Below are positions 33,471 to 46,627 of a stretch of DNA of 64,000 nt, piece by piece. The notes under the pieces were generated by a model that made no database searches, was not told the origin of the DNA, and saw nothing but the letters and a program-made list of their open reading frames with translations. Where the stretch lies: positions 682,001 to 746,000 of the forward strand of contig OZ218960.1 of the NCBI GenBank assembly GCA_965112735.1. The letters run 5' to 3'. The stretch comes from Phaeosaccion multiseriatum (taxonomy: Eukaryota > Protista > Ochrophyta, other classes). Positions within the stretch are counted from its first letter, which is position 1. The number at the start of each line of letters is the position of its first letter. Position numbers and translations under genes: made by a program.

Positions 33471-36364
33471 ATGGCCGAGTTTGGTGCCTCCGCGTGCCGC
33501 TTCGAGGGATGCAGGTAGAGATGAGGAAGGAGGGGCAGCGCTTGACTCGATTCTCCTGTTCTGAGTAGACCTAACCATTGCGAATCCCACTCTCACCCCC
33601 CCCACCCCTTTCTCTTCCCGTCCGCTCCTCCTCGTCCTCTTCCTCCTTTTACTGCTGATGCTGCAGCACGCACGACTTCCTGCCCTTCGTGTGTGAAGCA
33701 TGTGGGGGCGTGTTTTGCTTGGAGCACCGCAGCGTGGCCGCGCATCGCTGCCACAAGGCAGAGGACTTCCTCTCGGTAGGCAATCCCTTCGTGCCATTTT
33801 GAAGCGACAAAAGACACACGAGAACGGCACACAATGTCTGCGTCCTCATTGTTCCTTCTATAAGACTCTCCACTAACTTGGTGAGGGTGCATGGCCCTTC
33901 TCTGTGCTCTCTCAGCGGCCGGTTGGAGACGATTTGGCGCCTCTCCCAACACCAACACCAACAGCTGAAGACTGCTCTGGGCAGCCTGGAGGGAGGAAGG
34001 CGGGGCACGTGGCTGGGAACGAGGGGGGAGGATTAAGTGGCGGGGGAGCAGGGGCGGATATGGCCGCTCACAGCAGTCGGCATCGAGAGCTTGCGGCACT
34101 GAAGCCGTCGCAGGTGGGGAGGAGGAGGGGTTGCTGCTTGCGGCTGGGCCACGCCTTACTATGCCCTGGTCTTTGGGTTCATTGCATGCCATACATACCT
34201 AGCACCTGATCACCCGTCTCCTATACATTTACGCACGCGATACCTGGCATTTTGCAGCAGCAAACCAAATGTACAAGCAAGTCGTCACTCTCCGTCGAAC
34301 GCCGCGTGTGTGTGCCCTCTCCCTCCTTTCCTCAGGTGATGTCCGCTGCGACATCAAGGTTCAGCGGTAGAGAGGCGGAGCTCAACGCCGAGGTCGTGCA
34401 CTATCGAGTGAGACGCACGGAAGACACGCCCTCGCACACCTCCACCAAGGTCGGGGGGCCAGACAAGTGAGTGGTGATGGCGATGGCAGTCAATGGCAGG
34501 CACTTGGCGATGGTACCTTGTAGTCAATGGCGAGGCATGAGGTGGTACGAGTGCGATGACGCCTATCCTGTTGGGCAGGGTCAACCCTCCCTCCCGTAGC
34601 TCAACTTAGCTTGGCCTAATCCATTCTCCCCTCCCCTCCTCTCCCTCATACGCCTCTATCACAAGGCTGCTGCTCAGGGCCCAAGCGGCAATGGCGAAGG
34701 CATCTTCCACCAAGGGCAAGAGCATTGCAGCAAAGGTCAGCACAGGCATATGGGCATTGTAGGAGGGAAGCGTAGGGCACTGTTTGGGGGGGGGGGGGTA
34801 GGGCTCCCTTGCCGCTCTGTGAGTGCCGTCACTTGGGCTCTTGTCTTTGCTCTCCTCTCCTCTCCTCTCCTCTCCTCTTCTCGTTTGCCCTCATACCCCC
34901 TCCTTTCTTTCTGCTCCTTTTATATCTCTCTCCTCCTCTACTTATTACTTCTATTAGTACTTAGTAGTAAGTATCATTACATAATACCCTCCTCTGATCC
35001 TCTTTCGTCTGTCCCCCTCTCCTCTCCTGCCAGGTGCACCGCATGCTGGTGACCAAGAAGGCCCAGGGAGACCCCAAGGTGCGCCCCGAGGACAGATTCT
35101 TCCTAGAGGTCCGCTACTGGTGAGTGAGTGAGTGAGTGAGTGAGTGAGTGAGTGGGTGAGTGGGTGAGTGAGTGGGTGAGTGGGTGAGTGAGTGAGTGGG
35201 TGAGTGAGTGAGTGGGTGAGTGAGTGAGTGAGTGAGTGAGTGGGTGAGTGGGTGAGTGGGTGAGTGGGTGAGTGAGTGGGTGAGTGGGTGAGTGAGTGGG
35301 TGAGTGAGTGTGTGTGTATGAGAGAGAGTGAGATATGTGTGTGCGCGTGTGTGTCAGTTTCAGTTTCAGTTTCAGTTGTTTTCCTTCGCCTCTATCCTTT
35401 AACGCCTCTCCTCCCGCCATCCCCACCCGTTTCCTTTTTATTCGCTGCTGCGCTTGCTGTATTACCAACTGCTGCTGCTTCTGTACCACCAACTGCTGTT
35501 GCTGCTGCTGCTACTCCTGGATGCAGTGGTAATGACTCGGCCGTACACTACCTCTTCTTCTCACGCACGTGGACTGTGGGGCGAATGCTCGACGAGATAG
35601 TGTCGACGCACAAAGGATGCGTGGAGGGGATGCTCACCAGCCTCCTCACAGATGGAGACGGTCTGGAGGGGCAAGTCGAGGGGCTAGGGGGGTCATTAGC
35701 ACCAGGAGGGGAAACAGTAGCAGCAGCAGCAGGAGGAGGAGGAGGAGGGAAGGGGGCATCCGGTAGCTTGGCAGACACTCCTTTGGCGGTGATGGTGGCT
35801 CGGACCGGACGACAAGTGCCTCTGACAGCGATGCTTTGCGCTCTATCTCAGGAGGAGCTGCAGCCGTTTGAGCTTGTCATCATCGCCCCCCGGGTCGTGG
35901 CAGAGGTCATGGCGAGGGAGGCAGAGGGGGGGATGAGGGAGGAGGAGAGGAAGGGGGAGGGGGATGGAGGGGGGGCAGGAAGCGGGGCAGATGGTGGGGA
36001 CGAACAGAGGACACGAGAGGAGGAGGAGGAGCAGGGGACAGGGGTGGCGCGGATGGCAGTGGATGCGACCGAAGCCAACGAGGAGAAGGAAGGGAAGCAA
36101 GGGGGAAATGGGCAGGGGGAGGGGGAGGAGAAGGAGGCTGATTTGGAGCTGCATTTCAGCCACGGCAAGACCAAGTTCAGTCACTCCGTGCCCTCGTGTC
36201 TGACTGTGCTGGAGCTCAAGCGGGAGCTGTCTGTCCGCCTTGGGGTGCCGCTTGCCAAGCTCAAGCTGCTGTACAAGGGGATGCTCAAGGGGGATGCACT
36301 GCCCCTCTCCAGCACCAAACTCGTGCCAGGTGCCAATGTCATAGTCATGGGGGGCAGCAAGTGA
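33471..36364 (+). CDS. ZFAND1: AN1-type zinc finger protein (ZFAND1-like) with C-terminal ubiquitin-like domain; exons 33471-33514, 33667-33775, 33916-34113, 34336-34466, 34666-34735, 35034-35119, 35527-36364
   Basis: CRFEGCSTHDFLPFVCEACGGVFCLEHR...HRC; AQGDPKVRPEDRFFLEV; LFFSRTWTVGRMLD; UBL TVLELKREL..GVPLAKLKLLYKG..VIVMG. Confidence 0.8.
35119..35310. repeat. (TGAG/TGGG)n intronic microsatellite starting at the splice donor
   Basis: Visible tract. Confidence 0.9.
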
Positions 36365-36885
36365 GGCACAAGTTGTGACTGACCGTGACGGATGAGTCGA
36401 CATAGACATTAGACGGACGGGCACCAAGCGACTGACTGACGACCCGGGCATGGAAGGGCAAGAAGTGGCAAGGTCACCTCGACCATGGCCACTAGCGAGG
36501 GGCGGCAGGGAGGGGAGGCACAAGCTCTCTGGTACTTGTACAGTACCTGGACACTGACGAGGGAGGGAGGGCAGACTGCGCTCCGCCACGTGTACACTGA
36601 AGAGATAGGAAAGAGATAGGGCCACTGCCCCCCCCCCCTCTCTTCCCCAGGGCCCATTCCGCCGCTTCTTCCGTCGCAGCGTGTTCACCTGCTTTCCATC
36701 TCGAAGGATGTGCCATCTCGGCTGTGTCCACTACAGTCACTGACTGGACATGCCTGCCAGGGCCACTGAGACCAGAACACTGGCGATGGATGGCAATGGA
36801 TGGCGGACTCGAAGGGCATGAAAAGGGGGGGGGGAGAGGGGCGAACCTCTACCCTCCTGACTGCCGAGGTGTGACCTTACTGTGA

Positions 36886-36964
36886 TTGCACTGTGACTGC
36901 GCTGAGCTTGCACTGTGACCGCGCTGAGCTTGCACTGTGACTGCGCTGAGCTTGCACTGTGACC
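36886..36964. repeat. 22-bp minisatellite x~3.6 (TTGCACTGTGACYGCGCTGAGC)
   Basis: Direct tandem copies. Confidence 0.85.
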
Positions 36965-38114
36965 GGGACTGTGAGGGAACTGCTGACCCCCACCCGAAGC
37001 TTGAAGGAACGCCTTGGGGTGGGCGGGGAGAGGGCAAGGCACGCTAGAACCCTGTAGGCCTTCATAGGCCTTCATCGGCTTATGGAATGAAAGCCGAAGC
37101 GTCATGCCCCTGGAGTGTGCTCCCAAACGCGTGCCCGGGGGTGGGCTGGCCTTGGCGTAAGCAGTGGCGGCAAACGCGTCTCTGCAGTTTGCAGTGAGCG
37201 CTTCGAGCAGCCCAGGGCCTCTCTCTTTCTTTCCCTCTCTCTCTCTCTCTGCCTGTCTGTGTGTCTCAAACAGAGGGGAGGGGGACAACATCCCTACACA
37301 CACCCCTCACTCGCGGCTTGAAGGAGGGTGAGATTGACATCAGTAACACTTGATTATATTCAAGTCGACTAATCGAATTGTCTGGAAGCTGGGGGGGAGA
37401 TCCTTAGACTTTCCACCCCCCCCTGCCCCGCTGTAAATCGGCCCGTCACATGAGGTCACCGGAAGCAGTAGGCAGCACTAGCCAGGCAGCACTAGCCAGC
37501 CAAGCCACAGGCAAGGCATAGGCCAGACACAGAGAGGCGAAAGACAGAGACAGTCTTCGCCCTTCAGCGCCTGCGATATGCGAGCAACGCAAGAGCGGCG
37601 CTATTCTCTCTGCCTCTCGCTACGAAATGTTTTTAAGTAAGAGCACCGCCCTGCTGGCGACCTGCCTCCAGGGCCTCCAGAGAGAGCAAGCACGAGAAGC
37701 GGCCCCCTGATGCTCTGATGCTCTGATGCTCTGATGCTCGGATGGCTTTCTTCTCGTAGTGCGTGAGGGTGAGCGCCTTGAGGCCTCCGTCTGTAGCGTA
37801 GATAGGCGCCTCAGCTGCTCTCTCTTCTCATGTCCGGATGGCCGTCTCTGTTCCTCCGTACGCCGATTGCCGCTGGTCCGACGCAGAGCCCCAAGCCAAT
37901 GCAATGCGTCCCCGAGGGGTGTACCCGGTGGGTGTCCCCGACGGGAGTACTTGCTATATATATGGCCACCCAATGAGACCCCTCGGGGAGGGGAGGCCCC
38001 AGGGCGGGAAGGGCCCAGTGCCCATTGGGCTTCAGTCCACCATCAGCCGGTGGAGCCGTAGGCCTTTCCCTTGCCCTCTACCCTCAGTCCATCGGCCAGT
38101 GGAGCAGCCTGTCC

Positions 38115-38377
38115 CCTACACCTTATGCCCTATACCCGATACCTTTTTCAAAAGGGTATACCCGATGCCTTAAAATAGGACAACCTATGACATCCCATAC
38201 CCGATGCCTAGTAGGGTATACCCGATCCCTTGCAGGACACCCTATACCCTATGCCTAATAGGACACCCTATACCCTATGCCTAGTAGGGTATACCCGATG
38301 CCTAATAGGACACGCTATACCCTATGCCTAGTAGGGTATACCCGATGCCTTAATAGGACACCCTATACCCTATGCCT
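38115..38377. repeat. Compound satellite built of ATACCC(G/T)ATGCC units with GGGTATACCC palindromes
   Basis: About ten sub-units immediately 3' of the carrier gene stop codon. Confidence 0.8.
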
Positions 38378-40002
38378 TCAGTCCACGACTCTGTGCAGCA
38401 CTCGGAGCGTCGCCTCGTAAATGGGGAATATGACTGCGTTGACCGGATACTGCACATGGGGGGCGGTGTGTTGGACAGCGTGCAAGCCAGGGAAGGGCAT
38501 GATGAGGGAGTGACACCTTCACGTACGTATATACACACATACACTGGTACATATATGCACGTATACATACACACATACATACATACATACATACATACAT
38601 ACATACATACACATACATACATGCAAAGATACATAGATACATACATACATACAAACATACATACATAGATACATACATAGATACATACATACATACATAC
38701 ATACATACATACATACATACATACATACATACATACGTACATACCTACATACATACATACATACATACATACATACATACATACATACATACATACATAC
38801 TTCGAAGTACATACATGCATGCGACGCGCTCTAGCACAGAGCCAGGGAGGGGGGCAGGGTTGGATTCACTCACTCACTGATCACTGACTCACTGACTCAA
38901 TTACTCACCTACACGCTCACTGACTCCCTTACTCACTCGCCCAACTTAATCCCTCCCCCACCCACCCACGATACGCTTTCTCGACCGCCCCCGAGCCAAA
39001 CACAGCACAGCACCACACCGCTCCGCAAGCACACACAACCAACCCTCCCCCTCCCCCTCCCCCTCCCCCTCCCTCCCTCCCTCCCTCCTCTCCTCCCTCC
39101 TCTCCTCCCTCCTCTCCTCCCTCCCCCCTCTCCCTCCCCCTCATCTCCGCCCCCCTCCTAACAAAGTACTGAGTAAGTCACTCACTCACCGCTCTGAGCA
39201 GCGTGGTGCCAATGCCCCTAAAGAAGGCCGGCAACCCCCCTCGCTTGTGCACCTTCTGCGCACACGCCCACACCGAGTTGAGGTGTGGATTATCTGGCCC
39301 TGCTGTCTGCTGGATGCTCTTGACTACATCAAAGGGGTAAACGACCAGCCAGCTGAAGGTCCCTGCTGCGCCCCCTGCTATGAAGGAAGCCGTGTTCTCG
39401 CCCCAGCCATGGTTGGACATGAGCCGTGACTTGATCCCTGCAGCAGTTGGTGACACAACAGTTGGTGATACAGCAGTTGGTGATGCAGCACCAGCAGCAC
39501 CAGCAGCAGTTGGTGATACAGTAGCAGCAGTATACCACACCAAAGGGGTGGGAGGAGGAAAGTGAGGGAGGGGGGGAAAGGGCAGAACAAATGAATGTGT
39601 GTGCGTGTGTGTGTGCGTGTGTGTGTGCGTGTGTGTGTGTGTGTGTGGGTGGGTTCGCGTTGGTGCGCGTGTGTGTGCATGTGTGTTTGTGAGTGTGTGT
39701 GTGTGTGTGCGCGCGCGTGATCTCGGCGGATGAAGTCAAGCCCAAAGCAGAGGACCAAAAAGATCTTGCTTTTGTTACTCATCTTCTCTTCCATCCCCCC
39801 CCCATCCTCCTCCCCTCCCCTCCCCTCCCCTTCTTTCCCTCCCTTCTGCAGCTCGGTACTCACCACCGTAAGAAGCGAAATATATCCCAAACGCTGGGAC
39901 CTCCCTGCGGCAAGCCGTGCAGCGTACACAAGGAAGACAAAGCAAGAGACAGCACCCAGTCAGCTGACAGGCACAGACAGACAGACAGACAGACAGACCG
40001 GC

Positions 40003-40042
<40 letters not shown>

Positions 40043-40046
40043 CGGC

Positions 40047-40090
<44 letters not shown>

Positions 40091-40319
40091 CGGCAGATAG
40101 ACAGACAGGCAGATAGACAGACAGACGGATAGACAGACAGGCAGATAGACAGATAGACAGACAGACAGACAGACAGACAAGACAGACAGACAGACACATA
40201 GACAGACAGACAGACAGATAGACAGACGTACAGATAGATAGACAGACAGACAGACACATAGACAGACAGATAGACAGACAGACAGACACATAGACAGACA
40301 GATAGACAGACAGATAGAC

Positions 40320-40357
<38 letters not shown>

Positions 40358-40418
40358 GCAGACAGACGTACAGATAGATAGACGGACAGAAGACAGACAG
40401 ATAGACAGACAGACAGGC

Positions 40419-40483
<65 letters not shown>

Positions 40484-40511
40484 GGCAGATAGACAAGACA
40501 GACAGACAGAC

Positions 40512-40596
<85 letters not shown>

Positions 40597-40620
40597 CACA
40601 GACAGACAGATAGACAAGAC

Positions 40621-40676
<56 letters not shown>

Positions 40677-40710
40677 GTACAGACAGACAGACAGACAGAC
40701 AGACAGACGT

Positions 40711-40775
<65 letters not shown>

Positions 40776-42591
40776 AAGACAGATAGACAAGACAGACAGA
40801 CAGACAGATAGACAGACCGACAGACAGACATCCATGCGCCTGCCGATACGCCTGCCCATACACCGGCCCTGTCTCCATGCCCTGCTCCGCCCACACACCC
40901 TGCCCATATGCCCATATCCTGCTCCGCTCCATCTCACCTCAGGATGGTGACAGGCCCTCCCTTAAACAGCCCCGCGAGTCCCTCCGCCTTCAGCACCTGT
41001 CGTGCGCAGTCGATCGTGCCCCGATACCGAACCGTAGTCTGGCCTGCCCCTCCTCCTCCTCCTCCTCCTCCTCCTCCTCCTCCTCCTCTGCCTCCTCCTC
41101 CACTCATCATGTGCTGGCGAACTCCCTCAACGCGCCCCCCACCCGTTGACCCCACCGCCGCCGCATCTGGGAGGGGAGCCACAAGGGTCCCGACACCAGG
41201 TACTACAGGCACAAGAGGCACGACAGGGGGTACCACGGGTCTGCTTACCGACCCCTTCTGCACCTGAAGGGGGAACAGGAGGTAAGGAGGGGGGGGGGGG
41301 AGGGGAGGGGAGGGGAGGGGAGGGGAGGGGAGGGGAGGGGGAGGGGAGGGGAGGGGGAGGGGAGGGGAGGGGAGGGGAGGGGAGGGGAGGGGAGGGGAGG
41401 GAAGGGGAGGGAAGGGGAGGGGAGAGGAGTGGAGAGGAGAGGGAGTGGAGGGCAGAGGCGAGGAGGAGAAGATGAGGGGGGGGGGGGGGGGGAGGAGGGG
41501 GCAAGAGGACGGGGGAGGCGATAAGGATTTTAGGGGGAGGGGGAGGGAAGGTGCCCTACAGGTGGTCTCCTGCACGGGACCTTCTGATTCCACGGGACCT
41601 CTTCTGATTTCTTGTGCACTGCACTGTTCTGCGCCGTACCTGAAGCTTGCATTTGATGAGCTCAACGGGGATGGTGACTCCAGACTGCGCCAGCCCGGCC
41701 AGAGAGCCTGACCAGTACTTTTGCCAGAAGGTGGTCTCTGCTCCGCCATTCCGCCTCTCGAAGGCCTGGCAAAGGAGGGGGGGAGGGGGGGTTAGGTGTG
41801 GGTGGTTTGGAGTTGGTTGTTTGCAGGGGTGGAGTGTGGTGGATAGTGGGAGCAGAAACATGCAGAGGGAGCAGTAAGTGGTAGCAGTTGTAAGGAGTAA
41901 GTAGTAGCAGAGGCAAGGAGTTAGTAAGTACTAAGTACTTCGAAGTAAAGCAACAGAAGTAGCAGCAGTAGCAGTAGCAGTAGCAGTAGTAGAAGTACTA
42001 GCGGTAGCAGCAGCAGCAGCAGTAGCAGCAGCAGGAGAAGGAGAGAGAAGAGAGGAGAGAGGAGAGAGGAGAGAGGAGGAGGAGGAGGAGGAGGAGGAGG
42101 AGGAGGAGGAGGAGGAGGAGGAGGAGGAGGAGGAGGAGGAGGAGGAGGAGGAGGAGGAGGAGGAGGAGGAGGAGGAGGAGGAGGAGGAGGAGAAGGAGGA
42201 GGAGGAGGAGGAGGAGGAGGAGGAGGAGGAGGATCGAGAAGTGCTGACGAGTACGGCAGCGCCACCTTGTCACCACCCCCAATGCTTGGTACAAGCGCGT
42301 GCGGACGTTTCGTACGCGTGCACTCTATGCACTGGCTCTTCTCACCTTATTTGTTTGCTCGTAAGAGGAGAAGACGATGGCATTGATGATGGAAGCGGAC
42401 AGTAAGGGCGGCCCCAGGCCCTTGAACAGAGCCGTCACTCCCTCCATGCGCACCGTGTCCACCACGCACTTGCGGGCGGTGAGCAGCTCGCTGCTGCGCG
42501 CCGTCTGGAGGCGCACCTTGACAGTGTCGAAGGGCTGCCCCACGATGATGCCCGCCGCGCCGGAGACGTAGCCGGCGATGAAGTCCATCAT
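38378..42591 (-). CDS. Mitochondrial carrier family protein (carnitine/basic amino-acid carrier-like); exons 42591-42346, 41765-41640, 41263-40938, 39904-39864, 39437-39190, 38449-38378; the ORF may extend further 5'
   Basis: Three PX(D/E)XX(K/R) signatures ([33 protein letters not shown]), plus [10 protein letters not shown] and [10 protein letters not shown]; phase-compatible introns. Confidence 0.9.
38530..38815. repeat. (TACA)n intronic microsatellite
   Basis: Visible tract. Confidence 0.95.
39966..40830. repeat. ~860-bp (GACA)n/(GATA)n intronic microsatellite
   Basis: Visible tract. Confidence 0.95.
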
Positions 42592-43174
42592 GACGCTAGT
42601 GCCGCCCCCAGGCCCATCCCCATTGGTGCTGCCGCCACCGCTGCTGCTACTACTGCTGCTGTTGCCGCTACTGCTATTGCCACTGCTACTACTGCTGGTG
42701 GCAATCGTTGTGCCTCGAGTCCGAATCCGACCGTGACCAGGACACCTGCTGCTGCTGCTGCGGCTGCTGCTGCTGCTCCCTTTTCTCCAGTAGTGGCCTT
42801 GTGCACTGGAGTATTTGGCACAGTTCATGCAGCGGCTGTGGCTCAGGCCTCCCAGAGCTGCACAGCAAGGGGCTCCACAGAAGTTAGGCGCAGTCCACCG
42901 CGTGTTCGTTGAGGTTCCGTTCATCTCCACTGCTCGAGCAACCCACGGGTTGCAGACACAAAAGCAGCGCACAGGCAAGAGTTCACTCAGCAAGGTCCTT
43001 TGGAGGTCGTGGGCGTCTCAGGTTAATGGCGTAATCTCCATGGTATATCGATTATTCTATAACCCTTGCCCTCGCGGTGAACGCCTTCCTTCGATATTGA
43101 AAGTCGATACGTGGCTATACTAAAAGTCGAGCCACGAATTTTAACTTCTCGTACAGTCTGTCAAGCTATATGAT

Positions 43175-44615
43175 TGAAGGTCCTCGAGGGAGGAGGTAGT
43201 CTGTGGGCTCGAGCGAATGTGGCTTGAGAAGCAGAGGAAGAAGCAATTAAAGACCGAAGGGAGGAGCTATGGTAGGGAAGGGAACTTCCTCTCTACTCTC
43301 TCCTCTCTCTCTCTCTCTCTCTTATATGAACCTTCATTTGCATGGGTTGCGAGGTCCCCGTCCGGGGCCTGGGATTGAAGACCCTAGGCGAGCAGCAGCG
43401 GCGTATGATACCCCTGTTCGCAGTGGGAGCGGTGGCAGGGCATTCACGCCTGCCATGTCTGGAATGAGGTCTACTGCAGTGGCATCGATTCTGTCCAACC
43501 CAGAGTTGGACGAGACGTCTCGTCAGTCCGTCTTAGCGGCCATGTTGCCCACTATCGTTGCTGAGGAGGAGCGATCAGCAGCATTGGACACGGAGGATGA
43601 TGACAGGGAACTGACTCTTCTTGAGGCACGGTCAGAATCGAATGAACGAGGGAGTGAGGAGGTACCAGGTGTGGACGCTCCTGCTCTCGATGGAGGCACT
43701 GTGCAAGAAGCAACGAATGAGGAAGGAAGTGAGGAGGCACCAGGTTTGGCAGCTCCTGCTCCATTCCGGAGTGAGGAGGCACGAGGTATGGAAGCTCCTG
43801 CTCCCGGGAGTGAGGAGGCACCAGCCATGGAACCTCCTACTCCAGTTCGTGTGCAAGGCGATGAATTCGCTCAAGGAGTTTCTGCCGCGAACGATGATGA
43901 TACGTTCGTCTTTAACGGAGAAGAAGCAGGGGTTGAGGAGCCGGTGGTGCCCGACCACGAAGCATCGACATGCTCTACTGGGCAGAGACGGCTGCAGGAA
44001 GATGCGGTGGGGCGTGAGCGGTCCCAGCAGCGACTGCATGAGGAAGGTATGCAGGAGAAACACAGGCAGCTGCACGAAGAAGAGGTGGAGCACGAGGGAC
44101 AACAGCTGCGTCTGAGGCAGGAGGTGAAGGAAGGCACTGGGGTTAGTGGAAGAGACTGGGTCTCAGCTGACTTGGTCAGCTATAGCCTGGGCGGCTGGCA
44201 CCAGCTGGCATTGGCACGGAATGGATATGGCTCTACGTGCGCTTCTGTCCCTGGCTCAGGATGGCAACGCACCTCTGCAAGAGCATGAGGTGGTGTATGT
44301 GGAGCAGGGCAAGATCATGCGCTTGAAGAAGGCACTCCACGGCAAGTCATGTGCTTTAAGGGCGGCACTCTACGGCAAGGGCTTGTTTTTGAGGACAACA
44401 TGGGGTGCATCAAGCTGGCGGAGAGCAATGCATCGACGTGGAGGGTGAAGTACATTGATGTTCGGTTTCATTTTCTCCATCACGCGGTGAAGGACGAACT
44501 TATTGCGTTCGAGTACGTGGCTTCGAAGGCGCGCAGTTGGCTGACATTTTGACGAAGCACATGACCCCGACCATACTTGTAGCTTTACGTAAGAAGGGAG
44601 GGGAGGAGAGGTGTG
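43175..44615 (+). mobile_element. Internally deleted, degenerate Ty1/copia LTR retrotransposon remnant
   Basis: RT fragment VYVEQ..RLKKALHG; copia RNase H FEDNMGCIKLA..RVKYIDVRFHFL..V.....FEYVAS followed by frameshifted LADILTK; polypurine tract ~44590-44611; candidate 5' LTR TGAAGGT..ACCTTCA 43175-43336. No matching 3' LTR seen. Confidence 0.75.
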
Positions 44616-46246
44616 GAGAGAAATCGATGTCGACACTGGATATCATCTCTCTCTCCGTTCACTCCTTTTGGTATCTATGTAGCTAATAAGACGCTTTCCC
44701 ACAACCCGTGCAAGTACGACATTGATCTCCAGGAGAGAGATATCCCAGCAAGTGTACAGCGTAGCCCCAGGTACCACACGGCACTGCAGGAGCGATGGGC
44801 GCCGTCCCCGTACCGGAGCAACCCATGGGGACTGCGACGTTGTGAAAACAACAACGCATGTCATCGCAGGCTCTGGGAGCGGAAGGTCGGTGGCTGAGGA
44901 CGGAAGCCGCGGGGGACCTATCGAGGTTCCAACGCGGGGGGAAGTCCATTCCTATTCCCCCACCAACCCCGGAAAGGTTTCCTGAGGGTTGTTTTCCGAG
45001 GGAATTGGGATGACCATTTTTATCTCCCGATAAGAATGGGCCTTAAAACTAGCATATTGACCCCAATGCCTGAGCTCGCAGAACGCGATCTATGTCGATG
45101 TCGGCGCCGAATGTGCATGGAGAGTGCCTCTCCTAGAGCCCCTTCTGCATGCCGCAGAGGCGCTACAATTATCGTCTAGCACTTATATAGCACAAAGCAC
45201 CCCCCCCGCCCCCTGTCTCCCCCCTTCTCTCCCCTCCTCCTCCTTCTCCTTCACCACCTCCACCTCCTCCCCTTTCCTGTCGTGGTGCAACTCGTCACTC
45301 TTTCGTGGACCGGAAGGCCTCCTGCCATGTCACGAACGCTACAAAAGGAGTTCCCTTGGATGGATGTGGGCTGGCGGGCGAGATTGCCCTCTTGCAGAGC
45401 TCCACATCTCCACGGTGCGGTATCCTCATATCCATGCCTCGCTGGAAATTCTCCCCCGACTCAGGCAGATCTGTCGTCCATGATGCAGACAAAGAAGGGG
45501 GCTGAGCGGTCATTCAAGTGGGCCAGGAAATCCACAGGGACATAGCAAGGAAGCGGAGACAGCCTCCCGGTGCTCCTGTCTCAGTTAACTTTGCTGTCGC
45601 GCCCTGTCGCCAAGCTTGATTCAGTCCACCCCCCCCCCCCCCCAAAGGCGCCGCAAGGCAGGGGAGAGGCGGCTCCAGTCGCACACGAGGGCTGTAACAG
45701 CTGAATAACTCCCTCCATAAGACCCACCAGAGGTGTGATCCCTCTGCTGCTCCAGATGCCCGCCCCTATTTCTCCCACTTGTGCTGTTCTCCTGATGTTG
45801 GATCGATGTTGTCACGGCTGAAGGCCCAATTCCCGGCCCGCCTAACTCGCGAATGCTGTCGAGGTCTCTCGCGGCGCTCAGCGAGTTAGTTCTGTGGGCG
45901 ATGACCTCCTCCTCAGCATGGGACGGCGAGGACTTCTCACAGATATCTCCACAGCCCCGGACCTTCAGTGTCTAAAACTCTGCATGCGCCTTCCCTAATA
46001 TGCGTCCTTCGCCTCTGCTAAAGCTGGTGACGGAACCCCCCCCCCCCCCCTTCTGCTCCTCGAGCTGTACACCCCTCCCCCCGCCACCGCCGCCCATTGA
46101 TATGGCAAGTCATACAGATGGTTACCCGTGGCATTGCAAGATATCGGGCCACACACAAGTACGAAACCGTCATACACAAGTACGAAACTACGCGCTGAAA
46201 AGCGTTTTCATGGGCGGAGGCCGGAGGGATCGTGGTGTCTTGCTGA

Positions 46247-46327
46247 TTGGGGGCTTGCGAACCTTCCTTCGCAGCAACGTGGGGCATTGGGGGCTTACGA
46301 ACCTTCCTTCGCAGCAACGTGGGGCAA
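46247..46327. repeat. 40-bp direct repeat x2
   Basis: TTGGGGGCTTRCGAACCTTCCTTCGCAGCAACGTGGGGCA duplicated. Confidence 0.85.
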
Positions 46328-46627
46328 TGGAGCAGCGTAACTACCTACGGGAAAGCGTTTCCTTAGGTCAGCAACGCCCAGCGAGGCCAGCAAAACGCCA
46401 AGAAACGCCAGCAAGTAGTCCATTTCCATAATAAGGGCGCAACTGAAGCTTCCTTCGCCGCAACTTCTTTAAAACACATTGTACTAATTTCCAGCGAGGG
46501 CGGTGCTGCGCAGCGAGGAAGGAAGGAGAATCAGTAATCACAATCACTCTTCGCTTCCAAAGCGCCATCAACAACACCAAGCCCGCCAACAAGCCCCAGC
46601 CAGCCCAAGCCAACACCAAGCAGCAAC

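Noticed and set aside
36886-38377. CRISPR-like arrays
   Set aside because: Repeats are contiguous with no unique spacers; eukaryotic context and no cas genes.
39775-40937. Long VCLS-repeat ORFs (also MYVC, THSL, poly-L/P/S/R ORFs)
   Set aside because: Translations of stop-free microsatellites in introns.
44612-44800. 3' LTR of the copia remnant
   Set aside because: Sequence after the polypurine tract does not match the candidate 5' LTR.
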